Shown in pieces: positions 50,796 through 64,000 of a stretch of DNA of 64,000 nt. Each line of letters opens with the position of its first letter. Positions within the stretch are counted from its first letter, which is position 1. The stretch comes from Octopus bimaculoides (lineage: Eukaryota): positions 48,763,923-48,827,922 of the forward strand of contig NC_068994.1 in NCBI RefSeq assembly GCF_001194135.2, written 5' to 3'. The position numbers and the translations under genes were made by a program. The notes below the pieces were generated by a model. It was given only the letters and a program-made list of their open reading frames with translations. It was not told where the DNA came from and made no database searches.

Positions 50796-53700
50796 GATAT
50801 GCTTTGTAAGGTTACACAAGCAGTGTAAACCTGTTTAGAGGAAGCTATTCAATAATGATAAAACATCATTATGACCATCCTCTCTGCTTTGTAATACCAA
50901 TGACAACACCACCACTATCATTTACTACTGCTGCTACCACTATCACCACTACCACAAGTAATGTCATCCCAGTATATTACACTACAAACAACATCACTAC
51001 TTGAAATAGCCAAATCTCTCTTGCCTTGTATCACACCCTATCATCTGAAAAGAACACATTGGACAACACAGTCTCACTCACACACACATACATAGAAGAC
51101 AAGGTATAGATAATGGTCATTAACATGTTCCATTATTTATACCTTGTCTTGTATATGACTCTGAAAAAGACCAGTGCAACTGGGAATACAACCATGGATT
51201 TACAATATAGAATGGTGATGAACTATAACCTTGGACCCAGCCACAGGATTATGTAGAGTTCTTTACAAATCTAAAAACTTTTAGCCTGGTGTTTTTCTGT
51301 TAACAGATAGCTTATAAAGTATTTTGTTCGGATTGATAATCCCTCATTAATAACTCTTTGTTTTAATATATTTCATCATCATCATTTAACGTCTGTTTTC
51401 CATGCTGGCACACACACACACACAAAAGAGAAAATGGATTATATGTATTAAAAACGCAATAGGATGGTCATGGATAGAATGGCTTTGATTATAGGTTTTC
51501 TTAATTAGGGTTGGCCTGTAATAACAGCAACCACTAATGCTAATATCCCCATATCTCACTATCTTTGTAAACAATGTTATTATTTACAATCACTATTACT
51601 ATCGACAAAACCAACTGGAGGAGAGAGGCTCTTATGAAAAAGATAAAAAATAGGGAATGAATGAAACAAAATAATTTGGGAGTGATTCAACGAGTTTTTT
51701 TTTTTTTTTTTTTTGCTATCTTTATTTTGTTTTAGAATTTTTATCATAACAGTTTTTTTCCTCTGATATCATATCACTTTAAAAAAAAAAAAATTTGGGT
51801 GTCTGTTCATGAAGAACATTAAAAAATAAATAACAAAAAAAAAATTATTTGCTTTGAAAGGGTTATAGTTGATCGAATTGAGCTCAGTGTACGACTGATG
51901 TTTACTTTATCAAACATTGAAAGAATGAAAGACAAAATCGACTGTAGCAGGATTTGAGCTGTTTTGTAGGAAGAAGGCACTGAATTGTGTTTTGGAAGTT
52001 TTTACTGTGGCTGTTTATCGTTTCTGCTAACAAATGTAATAGATGAGACATCATGAAAGTTAAAAAAAGGTGTTGGGTAGAGGGTGGATTCAGATAATCA
52101 AAAGCTGACTAGAAGTGATGAGGTTGCGGTGGGGTGGAAGGTGAGATTTGAGAACATTCATCTCACAGAGCTGATGGAATAGGATCAAAACAGTTGTGTT
52201 GCAAGACCTAGAACAACTGGTGCCAGAATGTGAAAAAGAATTCTAAAATCCTGCATAGTTGATAGAAAGATGATTTTGGTTCTCTCCCAGAAGTGGAACA
52301 AGCTGGTGTACTTGATTTACAGAAGGATTTTTTTTTTCATTCAGAAACACATGCATAGCTATCAAGACCAAATTTTGAACCCCATAGGTGCGACAGGGAA
52401 ATAATAGTTGACAGGGGTGTACTTGTGTGGTGATCACCTGGGTGCAGTTGTAAGTTAATGATAGCAGATGTCCTCTCAAAGTTTGCCTGCTCCATTTTTT
52501 TGGTAAATCATTTCAAGTATCCTTGTGTGTGGCAATTGTTTCCTTCAGTTGTCACCCTTATTGGGTGGTACTGTTTGTGCTTTGTCATTCAGTAGTTCAC
52601 CACGTGATCTATTAGGGGCTTTTGCATTTTCTCAGTTTGAAAGACATATAGCTGAATCTGTTCCTTGAGATCTCTGCTATGTTGCTTGTAATTGAGAACT
52701 CCTCCGTAGTACTTTCTATTTGGTGAAAGTATATAGTTAGTGGCCATTGCTTTAAAATCACTCTCTTAAGACAAGCTGTCCTTGCAGAATGTCAGAACAT
52801 TGATTAAACAACAAAATTCAACTAAAATCAATGACAAAATAACTTTGTCTGCAATACTGAACTTAAGGGTTGCTTTGGAATATTCAGTTGATCATCTCTA
52901 TGTTACAGCTCTAATTGAGTAACTGGGGTTACTGAACAGCAACCAAGCGTCATTGTTGTTGCCATCGTCTTAATTGTGATCTTTTTGCCAACGAGAAATC
53001 TTTTATCAACGTAGCTACGACCACCATTATCATTGCTGTTTCGTGCCAGTTAATCCTTTCACAAATATTAGGGGTCTGTAAGGCTTACTATCACTAATTC
53101 TGTGCACTGCACAGTCACAGCAAAATATTTTTGTGGACAAAGAGCTGCAGTTCATATCACATCCACTTTGTTGTTTTGCCTACTTGTACCAGTTTCAGCT
53201 ATTTAACTATGGCCATGCATATTGACTAAGTCTTCTTCCCCACATCATTGCCTAATTACACTTCTTTTTTTCTTCTGCTTCCCACTTAACCATTACATCC
53301 CATATACTCTAACAACTCCCCTACTCATTCTTGTCTTGCTGCATTCCTCCCTGTATCTCATCTGTAACTTGGTGGTAACTCTGTTCTTACTCTTCTCTCA
53401 TCCATCATCTCCTAATTTTGACCATACCACCTGCTGTTATTCATCCCCAGATCAACCCTGATCATTGACCAGACCTATAATTAAAGGCATTCCAGCCGTG
53501 ACCATTCCATCTTTTTCTTATGTGCAGAAAACCACCACCAAAGCTACATCATCCAATATACCTTTTTTAAGACAGTATGGCACGGTTTGAAGGATATTTG
53601 GTTACTATTTCTAGCAGGTCAAGCCACCATATAGCAGCTACCCTGCTTGGCTTGCTTTCATTGCTGCTGCTGCTGGTCACGCAGCTACTGCAGTTGTTGT

Positions 53701-54447
53701 ATTGCTGTTGCTGATGTTGCTAGCTCCTTGACTGCTGCTGCTGCTGCTGTTCTTGCTGCTAGTACAGTTGCTGTAAAACTACCATGGCTACTACGGACGA
53801 TGTTGCCAGCTAAGACGTCAACTGCTGCTGCTGCTACAGTTACTGCCATTGCTGTCACTGTTGTGGTAGTCAGGCAACTTTTCCATCAAGACTTTTTTGT
53901 CTCTCTCTCTCCTCGTCACTGCCTTTCTTTCTTTCTATCGCGTGCGAGTGGTTTTTGCAGAGAGTTTGTAACTGAAGAATCAGTTTAGGTGCTTATGACA
54001 TTCTCCAGTTGGGTTTCTTATATCCCCTATCGAATATAACATCCATTTAATTAATTAATCTAGGTGTTTGTATCTGGCTCTCTTGTTGCCAGGTTATTTT
54101 ACCGTTATCTGCAATTCTTTAAAAAAAAGATACTGTGTGTGTGTGTGTGTGTGTGTAAAAAATAATCTTACTTGTTTGCGTTCAGTTGATTTGATAAACA
54201 GCTTTGCTTGTTAAAACTAACGCATGTAGCATCTAAGTTATTCATTTATGTGGAAAGCAGTTGTATTCAACTACATATTATCTCACTTCATTATATTTGT
54301 CGATGATAAAATAATGACCTGTCATGTACTAGGGTCAGTCTGGTCAACCGTTCTCTCCTAAATTTGTAGTCTTGCACCTCTGCAAAAGAAGTAATTTGGA
54401 TTGTGTGATTATTTGCATGATCACTTCAGTGTGTCATCTGTTTACAA

Positions 54448-54748
54448 CAGGGGATCTCAACTGGGGTCCATATAACCCATGAGGGCCCATGCAAGCAAAA
54501 TTGTAAATTAGGGAACCACAGTAGTATTTTAAAGGCCCAGGAAAAAAAATTTGCTTCAGATTTATTTATTGCAAGAAACAGCGAGTTTTACATAGTTCAA
54601 CTTGATAAACAAGTTAATATGTGAAAAGTAAAGCAGGAATTTTGGAAGAAGTATCTATAAAATTAGTTTTTCAAATATGGGGGTTCACCAAAATAAAATT
54701 GTAATCGAAGGGGTCCATAGATTAAAAAAAAAAGGTTGAGAACCACAG
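54448..54748. mobile_element. hAT-like MITE, 301 bp
   Basis: Termini CAGGGGATCTCAAC / GTTGAGAACCACAG; 8-bp TSD GTTTACAA (54440-54447) and ATTTACAA (54749-54756). Confidence 0.75.
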
Positions 54749-54794
54749 ATTTACAAGATAAAACTTATATACACTCCTGTTTGTCTCTAGATGT

Positions 54795-54834
54795 GATAAT
54801 CCATTGTTAAGATTGATAATCCATTGTTAAGATT
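54795..54834. repeat. 20-bp tandem duplication
   Basis: gataatccattgttaagatt occurs twice. Confidence 0.9.
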
Positions 54835-57800
54835 TACACAGATAAAGTGTGGTATGGCAGAAATTGTAGAGCACTAGGAAAGTATGTGCCTTGTGGTATT
54901 TATTCGAACCTTCATATCTCTTCATTCATAACCTACTTCATGTTGACTATGGTGTTCATCATTCTGTGATCAGTAAAATAATTCCAGTCATGTACTTGGG
55001 TTGAATCAATCAATAACGCTCTTCTCTTTTGTGACCCAATGAAAGAAATCAATATTTACATAAATAATATTTGCTTTCAGCTGTAATATCCTGCTGTGTC
55101 ACAATCTATTGAAAATATCTTGATTATATTCAGTTATATAACGTATGTCACTCATTTATATCGTAAGGGGGCATATGACAGTGCCATATAATACCTTATT
55201 GACAGTATCTTGCTTCTATTCAGCTACATGACTCTCTTGTAATATTACTTCCATTAAGTACTTTCTTAGACGCCTTCTGTTTTAACAGCTTGGAATGTTT
55301 ATATTCTTTCTGAAGTGTCTTAGTTTTGGTTGTTTTGCCTCAGATCATCCTCAATCCAGCAAACTTAATCAAAAACATTCAAGCTGAGATAATTTGTACC
55401 CCCCCCCCCCACTGACAAAGTGTCTCTAAGAATGCATTTATTATGTTCTGTGCTCTATTCTGTTTCTTCAAGATTATAAACAATTGGTCGGACAATTGAC
55501 TTTTGTTTCTGGAATGTTGCGTGACCAACAAGGGAGAAGCTATGGGATCATTTGGCTTGCTACAAATAGATTACAATAATTACAATAAGAAAAAAAAAAA
55601 AAAGGTGGGGGGAAACATTTGTTAATGCGAGTGTGATTTACCTGAAAGTAGTTACCAAAAGTGAGTCTTCTTGGTTGAAACCTGTTGTTTTATCAAAGCA
55701 GACCAGGGTTAAATAACAAACATATAGAGGTTCTCTCGTTAGCTTGAAAACATCTTTAACAGTAGAGATAGTTGAGTTGGCTCAGAGAAAGGTTATTGAA
55801 TGGGATGTTGAGTCTTATCTTGTAAAGAGGGATGCACTCCTCTAATGGATGGTTTGTGTGTTCAGATCAATTGTAGGTATTCTGTTGTGTTACTAGGCAG
55901 GATATTAAATTGCGCTTGTCCCATTTCACCTTGCTATGCTTCTTCCTTATCCAGTCAAGTGATTTATCTTTCATTTGAAACTGAGAGTAAGTATTGTTCC
56001 TTCTGAGCCTCTTGAATGACTTGTAAGTTATTGGCAAGTTGGTATAGATGACATAGATTTTGAACGGAATTATATGATTTACGTAGATCCAGTATGTGAT
56101 GGGATGTCATGTTATTGCCATTGTGCCTGTGTTGCATTAGACTTTAAAATGTGATTCTCAAACATTGCCTTATTTAAGCATGTATTGTGACCTCTTCATT
56201 TCCCAACTTGTGACAAATATTCAAATACATTTTACTAATTGTCAAGCTGCCCTTTCACTGAAACAATATAAACTTAACGAGTTTGTTTAATGCTTGTATT
56301 CTCTTCACCATTTTATAAAGTTATTGCGGAGAGTGGGGAGGAATTTTTATATATGCTGATACCTATTAAAAAAAAATTATCTAGATATGTCAGCATAAAT
56401 GGACATACAAAAATCGTTAGAAATAAATATTATTTTTCTTGTTCAAATCCAGCTGGAGGTGACTTTGCTTTGTCTTTCCTCTAGGGGTTAATAACACAAG
56501 TACCTGTCATGTACTGAGACTAATTCAATCTCACTATTACCCAATCCTACAAATTTATGGCTTTGTTACCAGTGTGAGAAGTTATTGTTTTCAGATCTGA
56601 CCCAACCACATCTTTCAAAGTATGCTGTTCTACAGCAAATACCTTCTTTCCACTAAATCAACTCTTGGCTCTGTTTCATCTGGCAGCTATCATACCATTT
56701 ATTTTACATGTTGCTGTCATTCATTGCCTTTTAGAGTCTAGTTACATTCTCAACTCACTTATGCTCTGTTTGTCCTGTCAATTAACATGGTATGTCTAAC
56801 AGACTAAATCATTCTCCTCCAGTTACTTGCAGACCTCTGGTATGCATTGTCCATGTTTCACAGTTAGTTTTAACAGACTACTACTTCAGTTGTTCACATA
56901 CAACCCACACCAGCATACCTTATGAAGGACTTTTCATGTGTAGAGTGACTGCTAGACTAAACAGGCTTTCTGTCTTTTTCAAAACTAACTACTCACTATG
57001 TTATTTATACAACCTTCAGGTGACTATGTCACATAGGTCACAGCAATTTATCTGCCTGTTGTAGGAGTCAGGGGATTAGATAAGCTTTGTTATTTAATAC
57101 ACACACACTCATACATACACACTTGATATATAAGATACTTTTGGTAATGAAGTATTCTTTTTTTTTTTTTTTATATATTTTTCACAATAGTAATTGAAAA
57201 TCATTGTACTGTATATGTCTCTTATTTCTATTGGAACAGCACAGAAAAAAAAACCACTGGATTACAAATAGTGGATTTGTTATTTAAACAATAGTCAAGT
57301 TAATATTAACGTATTTAATTCATGGACCTTTAAAAAGCTAAGTAGAGATAATTAATTTTGTGGTTGGTAAAGAACAAAATGAATCAATGATCAATATTAT
57401 TCTCACATGCACAAGTAAGTGCAGGAGACAACCCGAAGAAATGTTTCGGTTTTATTCTGATCTCCTCAGCAAAGCCTAATTTCACTGTCCCTGCTGAAAT
57501 AGTGATGAAGGAATCATTAAATAAATGTATGAGACTGTATGTATTTTTATCATAATTATTTGTGTATTTTTAATTCCTGATAGGACAAGTTCTTCTTTAC
57601 TCACCAAATTTTGTCACATATTTCCTTTTATACAATTTCCTTTAATACAATAAAGAAACCTTTGTTGGTTTCTTGACTTGCTTGAAAATATCTTCAAATC
57701 ACACGTCACTGTCTTGTAAAAAAAAAATTTTTTTTTTTTTTACTTATAACACGCATATATACCCACCAATTTAAAGCAGTTGAAATTTAATGTTTCTCTT

Positions 57801-58907
57801 TCCCACCTTTCTTTCTCCCCCCCCCCTCTCTCTCTTATAGAAAGAAGGGAAAAAACGTATTTAATGTATTTAGTATGTTATATTTATTTCAAGGTTGACT
57901 TTACTCCATCAGAAGTCTAAATGAGAAACTAAACTGGGAATAGTGATGGAGGGAAGCTTCACCTTCAGACAAATGAATCTCTCTCTTATATATATATATA
58001 TATNNNNNNNNNNNNNNNNNNNNNNNNNNNNNNNNNNATATAGATATGCAGGGCAGGGAATCATCAATTAGTAATAAAATTAATAATTAACAATTCTGCC
58101 GGGTAGCTCAGTATGAAAAAAACCTTCTTCGGTAAAAATTTATAATCATAAATATATAGGGATTGACAGTAACCTGCTTCTCCAACATACTGAGAATTCA
58201 GAAATAGCAGTCAAAGAACTACTGATTTCAAAACTACAAATTATTACTCCAGATTGATAGCGATATTTTTGATACACACAGAACAAAAAACAATAGAGAA
58301 GAGTAAAAAACACTTGCCTTTATATATATATAGATAGAAGGCCCAGTTGCTTTTTGTGTGTTGGTTCCATCATGGCTTTATGAATGTCATTTGAAGGATG
58401 AGATGTTGTACTGAACAGAAGAGGAGGGAAGGAGAGAGGATTAAAACGATTGAAGGGAGCAGCAAGTGCTAATCAATGAATCAAACACTAAGCAAGGAAC
58501 AAACTGTTGTGCTCATAAAAATTTGCCTTTTATTATCCATGCCATGTCTCATATGAACCACCTCTCTCTCCCTCTCCCTCTCTCCCTCCCTCTCCCTCAT
58601 CCCCCTACCCTCTCCCTCATCCCCCTTCCCTCACAACACAGAACTCATTCTTTGTATCTCTTATTTATTGTGATCCTTTCAATTTCATTGTTGGTTCTAT
58701 CACTCTCTAGCAATACCACTGAGATAACACATCTATCTATAGGGGAACGAATCTCTGAGTATATGCTCCCAACTTCTCAATCTCTCATTGAATCAAGGTT
58801 ATCCAAATTTTACTCTGTCACAGTTCTGCAGGCTATTTTTGCCGTTGTGTCTGTCTGTTATATGTATAAATAACTAACTACATTACATAGTGTTTCTCAA
58901 GGTGGAG

Positions 58908-59082
58908 AGTTGGCAGAACCATTGTTATCATGCTGAGCAAAACGTTAGTGATATTTCTTCTGGATTTATTTGATTGTGAGTTCAAATACTGCTGAGGTCG
59001 ACTTTAACTTTCATTTTTCCAGTTGAGCACTGGGGCCAGTGTAACTGATTCACACCCCACCCATCACGATTTCAGGCCTTGT
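58908..59082 (+). mobile_element. SINE family B, degenerate
   Basis: ggtggagagttggcagaacc...gagttcaaatactgctgaggtcgactttaactttcat...aggccttgtgc. Confidence 0.75.
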
Positions 59083-59320
59083 GCTTATGGGAATTGTTTG
59101 ATGATGATAATAATAAAGTAACAATAATGAAATTATTGAGGATGATTCCAGCATTTTCATTGTTGAGATTTCCACCATTAGCTATGCGAGGACTTGTGTG
59201 TAAGAAATTGTAACATGCATGTATGTGTGCACAGATTGTGTTGTGGTTCCTGGTTCAACCCTGCTGCTTAGGGCCTTGCGCAGGGTGTAATTTGGTAGGC
59301 AGAAACTGTGAAGAAGCACA

Positions 59321-59361
<41 letters not shown>

Positions 59362-59854
59362 TATGCATGTGTGTGTATGTGTGAGAGAGAGAGAGAGAGA
59401 CTGATTGTAGTTAGGTGAAAATTGATGGTGTTACCAAAAGTGTAACTTGACAATTCAACAAAAAGAGGTAGATAAAATAATCAGAGGACCAGTGCTGGAA
59501 ATGGAGGGGGTGTGGTAGTAGTGGCGGTGGTGGTAGTGGGATGATGATTATAGCATCTAACTCCTCCTTCAACCTCAGCCTCAAGAATTTTGGCAATATC
59601 TCTAATTTGTAAAACCTGTTTCCATTGTATGGAACTGAAATAAGTGTAGAAGTCAGTACTGGTGACTAAGAAAAACAATAAAATAAAATGAATAAATAAA
59701 TAATGAAGGTGGTGCCCCTGCATGGCTATAGACTTTCAAGTAACATACAGTTCAGTCAAATAATTAATCATATTCTCTACCATTTACTGAGTATGTTTTT
59801 CCCTTGTTTGTTACAAACAATACATACACACTCATATGCAACACACACACACGC

Positions 59855-59897
<43 letters not shown>

Positions 59898-60369
59898 TTA
59901 AAAGTTTGTGTATGAGTGTGTAGCAGGCTCTTAATTTCCTGCTTTGTTTTCTGAAAAGCTTTTGAGTTTTAGGTTAATTAAAGTTCTCAATTGTCTGTCA
60001 AAAACTGCTGACACCTCCCCTTCCCCTGGAACATGCATGTGAGTGTGTGTGTGTGTGTGTGTGTGTGATTCTGTGAATCTGTAAAATGACTGCTTTTTAG
60101 TTTTTGTGCTTCTGCCATAAATTTTTGTGTGTTTGTGGGTGTTTGTATATTCTTCCTAAAATATGTATTTGGAGTGGTTTTAGATGTTTTCCAGTTTGAG
60201 TGTGAATGTAGTGTATTGTTTGAAAACACAGGAGTCGATAGCCAAATCAGGTCCCCTGTTAATATAAGTAAAAATATTAACTATAATAAAGTATCGCCAA
60301 AACCTCTGAATGCACAAGTCTATTTTTATTGATATTTGTATTAGTCAGCTTCATTACATACACACCCCC

Positions 60370-60416
<47 letters not shown>

Positions 60417-60423
60417 TTTTATT

Positions 60424-60557
60424 AAAGCTGCAACATTACCCCAAAACTGTTTCTCTGAGTTTCACATTCCTGTTTGTCTGATAGTATTCATTACAATTAT
60501 CTGATGAATGAGAACATGAAACTCTGAGTAACAGTTTTGTGATAATTTTGCAGCTTT
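60424..60557. repeat. 134-bp imperfect palindrome (MITE-like)
   Basis: AAAGCTGCAACATTACCCCAAAACTGTTTCTCTGAGTTTCA versus the right arm reverse-complemented, AAAGCTGCAAAATTATCACAAAACTGTTACTCAGAGTTTCA. Confidence 0.85.
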
Positions 60558-60647
60558 CATAAAAGCATATTACTCTACCTTTGGTATTCAAGTACTATTT
60601 TTGCATTTATGTACTTGCTTACTTTGTGTGTGTGTGTGTGTGTGTAT

Positions 60648-61005
60648 AGAGCACAGGCATAGCTGTGTAGCTGCTTCCCAGCCACATGGTTCTGGGTCCA
60701 GTCTTGGCACCTTGAGCAAGTGTCTTCTACTATTGCCTTGGGCCGACCAAAACCTTGTGAGTGGATTTGGTAGAAGGAAAAAGAAAGAAGCCCATCACAC
60801 GCGCGCGCGTCTTTGTATTTGTCAACTGTCACTGCTTGACAGCCGGTGTTGGTGTGTTTATATCCCTGTAACTTAGTGGTTTGGAATAAAAGCCTGATAG
60901 AATAAGTACCAGGCTTAAAAGAGTACTGGGGTCAGTTCTGTCAACTAAAAGCTCTTCAAGGTGGTGCCCCAGCATGACCACAGTGTAGTGACTGAAACAA
61001 AAGAT
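60648..61005 (+). mobile_element. Near full-length, moderately old SINE family A
   Basis: Head, CORE-like ggcaccttgagcaagtgtcttctactattgccttgggccgaccaaaacc, and tail cagcatgaccacagtgtagtgactgaaac. Confidence 0.88.
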
Positions 61006-61213
61006 AAGACATATATATGTCTGTAAAAAACATCCCTGTCACCCTCATTAATCGGTGCTGATTTGGAATGTGTGTGCGCCTGCACACTTTTGCATTGTTT
61101 GGAGAATGTGATTATATGAGTATGTATTGTTTCCAGGATGTGGATGTGAATGATTTGTATTGTTCTTGGAATGTGTATATAGTTCCTAGAATATATATAT
61201 GCTGTTTCAGAAA

Positions 61214-61256
<43 letters not shown>

Positions 61257-61407
61257 ATTATTTGAGAATATGCCACACACACACACGTTGTTTTGATAGT
61301 GTGTATGTGTACACGTTTTGTTTCTTAGATGTGTGTATGTATTGTTTTCTGTATATATGATGTTCTCTTTTCAAATGTATGAATACCAGTTATAAAGTTT
61401 CTACAAC

Positions 61408-61448
<41 letters not shown>

Positions 61449-61506
61449 TGTGGCTTTAATTTTCAGAATCTGTATTATTTGCTTGATTGTACATTCCTCT
61501 TTTGTA

Positions 61507-61545
<39 letters not shown>

Positions 61546-62146
61546 GAATTTAGAGAGTGTATTTGTGTGTAGTTCTCTTGAATATGAATACATGTGTGTA
61601 TATGTGTGTAAAATTCACACGGCACTGTGGATAATTTTCTTTGTATGTATATATGTGTGTGTGTGTGTGTGTGTGCGTGCTTGCGCATGCATCATTCACA
61701 CATGGCAGTCTGTGAATAATATTCTTTGTATATATACATATATGTGTGTGTGTGAGTGTGTGTGTGTGTGTGTGTACATGCACATGCACATGACTATGTA
61801 TGTAGTTAGTTTCTAGAGACTGTGAAAGTCGCACATTCTAGATAATGTTATGGAATTATCTATCAGTTACAGTTTTTTTGTTCTTTATTTTGTTTATTCA
61901 TGTTAATTTCTTTTCTGTTTATACATTGATAATACGGTGAAGAGGAGAGATAGCTGTTGTGGAAGAAGGAGGGGGCTGAGAGAGAGAGAGAGAGAGAATG
62001 AGATTACAAGAAAGCAGTGTGAAGGAGAGAGCATAAGAGAAATAACAGAAGAAAGCTGAAAGGAGAGAGAAAAACAGGCAGAGAAAAGAGAGAAAAATAT
62101 ATAGGAGAGGAGGTACCTGAAAATAGAGAGATAGATAGAGAGAGAG

Positions 62147-62177
<31 letters not shown>

Positions 62178-64000
62178 TGAGATAAAATGAAATGAATAAC
62201 TGACAGAGAAAGACGAGGTTAAAAAAAAAGTGTTTGTTTTTTAAGAGAAGCTTGTTTGTTGGAGCATGGTTGCGGCTAGTGTCAAGGATAGCTGGGTACT
62301 AAAATTAGTCATTATTGATCATGCTATTCTTATTGCTTCATTCCTTTTTGTTAGTGTGTTAGTATCTCTCTCTCTCTCTCTCTCTCTCTCCCTCTTTCTC
62401 TAACGTGTTTTGATTACACGTGCATGTGTGTGTGTGTGTGTGTGTGTTAGTGGATATATATATTAATATACGTAGCATTTACCTTAATTGCCACTGGGGC
62501 GTTTTTAATAACAAGTCTCTCTTGTGCATATGAGTTACACACATGCACAAAGCGTTTCTTGATTGGTTTGTGGATGTTGAATAACAAGTCTGTGTGTATG
62601 TGTTTTGTCTATCACCAATTCACTAGTATTTTTTCTTCAGTTCTTTGATATAATTCTTAATAACAAATTCTCTCCCTAGCACACACTCAACCGTGTATGT
62701 GTGTGTGTTTGTGAGAGAGAGAGAGATAGAGGAAGGGAACATGTTCTATTGAGCTTCTTTCTAGATTGTCTTGCTAGGACCAACTCTGTTTTAGTTTGAT
62801 AAAGAAATATTTTTTTACATACTGGTGGTTAGATGTGTATACGAGATCAGGTGTATTTTGCATGCAGTATGTCATGTTGACATGGAATTACTGAGAGTGG
62901 GATAACTTATTAGTTGACTATTGTCAGTCTGTTAATAATGGGTTCAAATCTGTTTCAGATATTAAAAAAAAAAGCAATATGGTTTAGTCAGATGAGGAAG
63001 AGCAGTACTTGTGATTCTTAGCTCTTTACAACTCACTATGTTGGGTGACAGGTACCACATCTTTCAGTAATGCTACCTCAATAGGTGTTTGTGCCTACTC
63101 TACAGCACTTCCTGCACTGAGAAGTTGAGATATTCACACCTTGTTTTAGTGTTGTCACAGTGGTGGTGGAAGTGGCCAGTTGAATTGATTTCAGAGATGA
63201 ACAGCGGAGTTGACCCTGGAACGATTTGATCTTGGAATACAATAAAACAGAATTAAATATTGATGGGTATTTTAATCCCGGATCAAACGCACATTCACAG
63301 AATGTTGCATATAATAAGTAATGAAAATGATAGTAATTGTCTTCTACACTGTATTAACTGCTGCAGCAGTTGCACAGCATGCTGTAAGACTAAATTTGCT
63401 GATATTACTGGCTATGATGAGTTCAAAACTTTATGATAGCCATTGAGCTGTAAAATACATTTGACTCTTCTGACTCCAATCTTCAGGGTTTCAAAATACT
63501 TCATCCCTAACAATTTTTCACCCTCTGTAAAAGCTTGTAGGATGTTCACAATGAAGTGTTGCTTCTGTGTCCCCCTCCCTCCACCATTGCATCCAGATAA
63601 AGGCCACACAACTGATGGGCATAAAGGTTCCATCCTTTGGCTCACGGACATGCTATCTCTTATTCCTGCTGATTAGTTGGTCTCATGTCACCTCCACTCA
63701 AGCACTCTTGTCTTACTCATCTCTCATCCTCTTATCTATTTTGTATGCATCTCCCATATCCTGCACTCATATCTTAATTCTTATAATGTTGGTCCTCTCC
63801 ATCGGTATTTCCCAATCTTTTTATTCTTTAAAGTCCTTGAAATACTTTCCATGTTTCAGAGAATCCCTGAATAATTAATATATCAATTATTGTAAATTTG
63901 TATATATATTTTTTGGTTTTCATGAAGTTAAGTTTCATAGGAGATTAAATAAATCACAAAGCTGTCTTTGAAGGAGTTGGTAGTACTAAATCCATCAAAC

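Noticed and set aside
63412-63878. Cluster of short ORFs near the right end
   Set aside because: No consistent motif, splice signals or domain; possibly an old TE fragment but unsupported.

Overview
AT-rich, microsatellite-dense eukaryotic genomic DNA with eight assembly gaps. Its SINE repertoire looks like that of an octopod cephalopod, probably Octopus (inference from repeat recognition, not a database search). No complete protein-coding gene can be supported, and nearly all ORF-track entries are microsatellite, N-gap or antisense-SINE artefacts. Supported content: many copies of several SINE-type families; an internally deleted DD37D (maT) Tc1/mariner transposon (16665-17372, minus); a fossil Helitron PIF1-type helicase (about 38600-39780, minus); a 450-bp non-autonomous Helitron with both termini (22171-22620, minus); a fossil Penelope-like GIY-YIG endonuclease (about 4040-4410); and piggyBac-, hAT- and Merlin-like MITEs. 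The most unusual element is a TSD-flanked, 357-bp-period partial tandem with a degenerate type I hammerhead ribozyme (31748-32196), resembling a retrozyme or Penelope pseudo-LTR. CpG is visibly retained left of about 26 kb and decayed to the right, suggesting an unmethylated promoter or gene domain beside a methylated gene body. Several isolated, strong splice signatures suggest long-intron transcripts on both strands, but these exons cannot be assembled into an identifiable CDS. I found no convincing novel multi-gene system.
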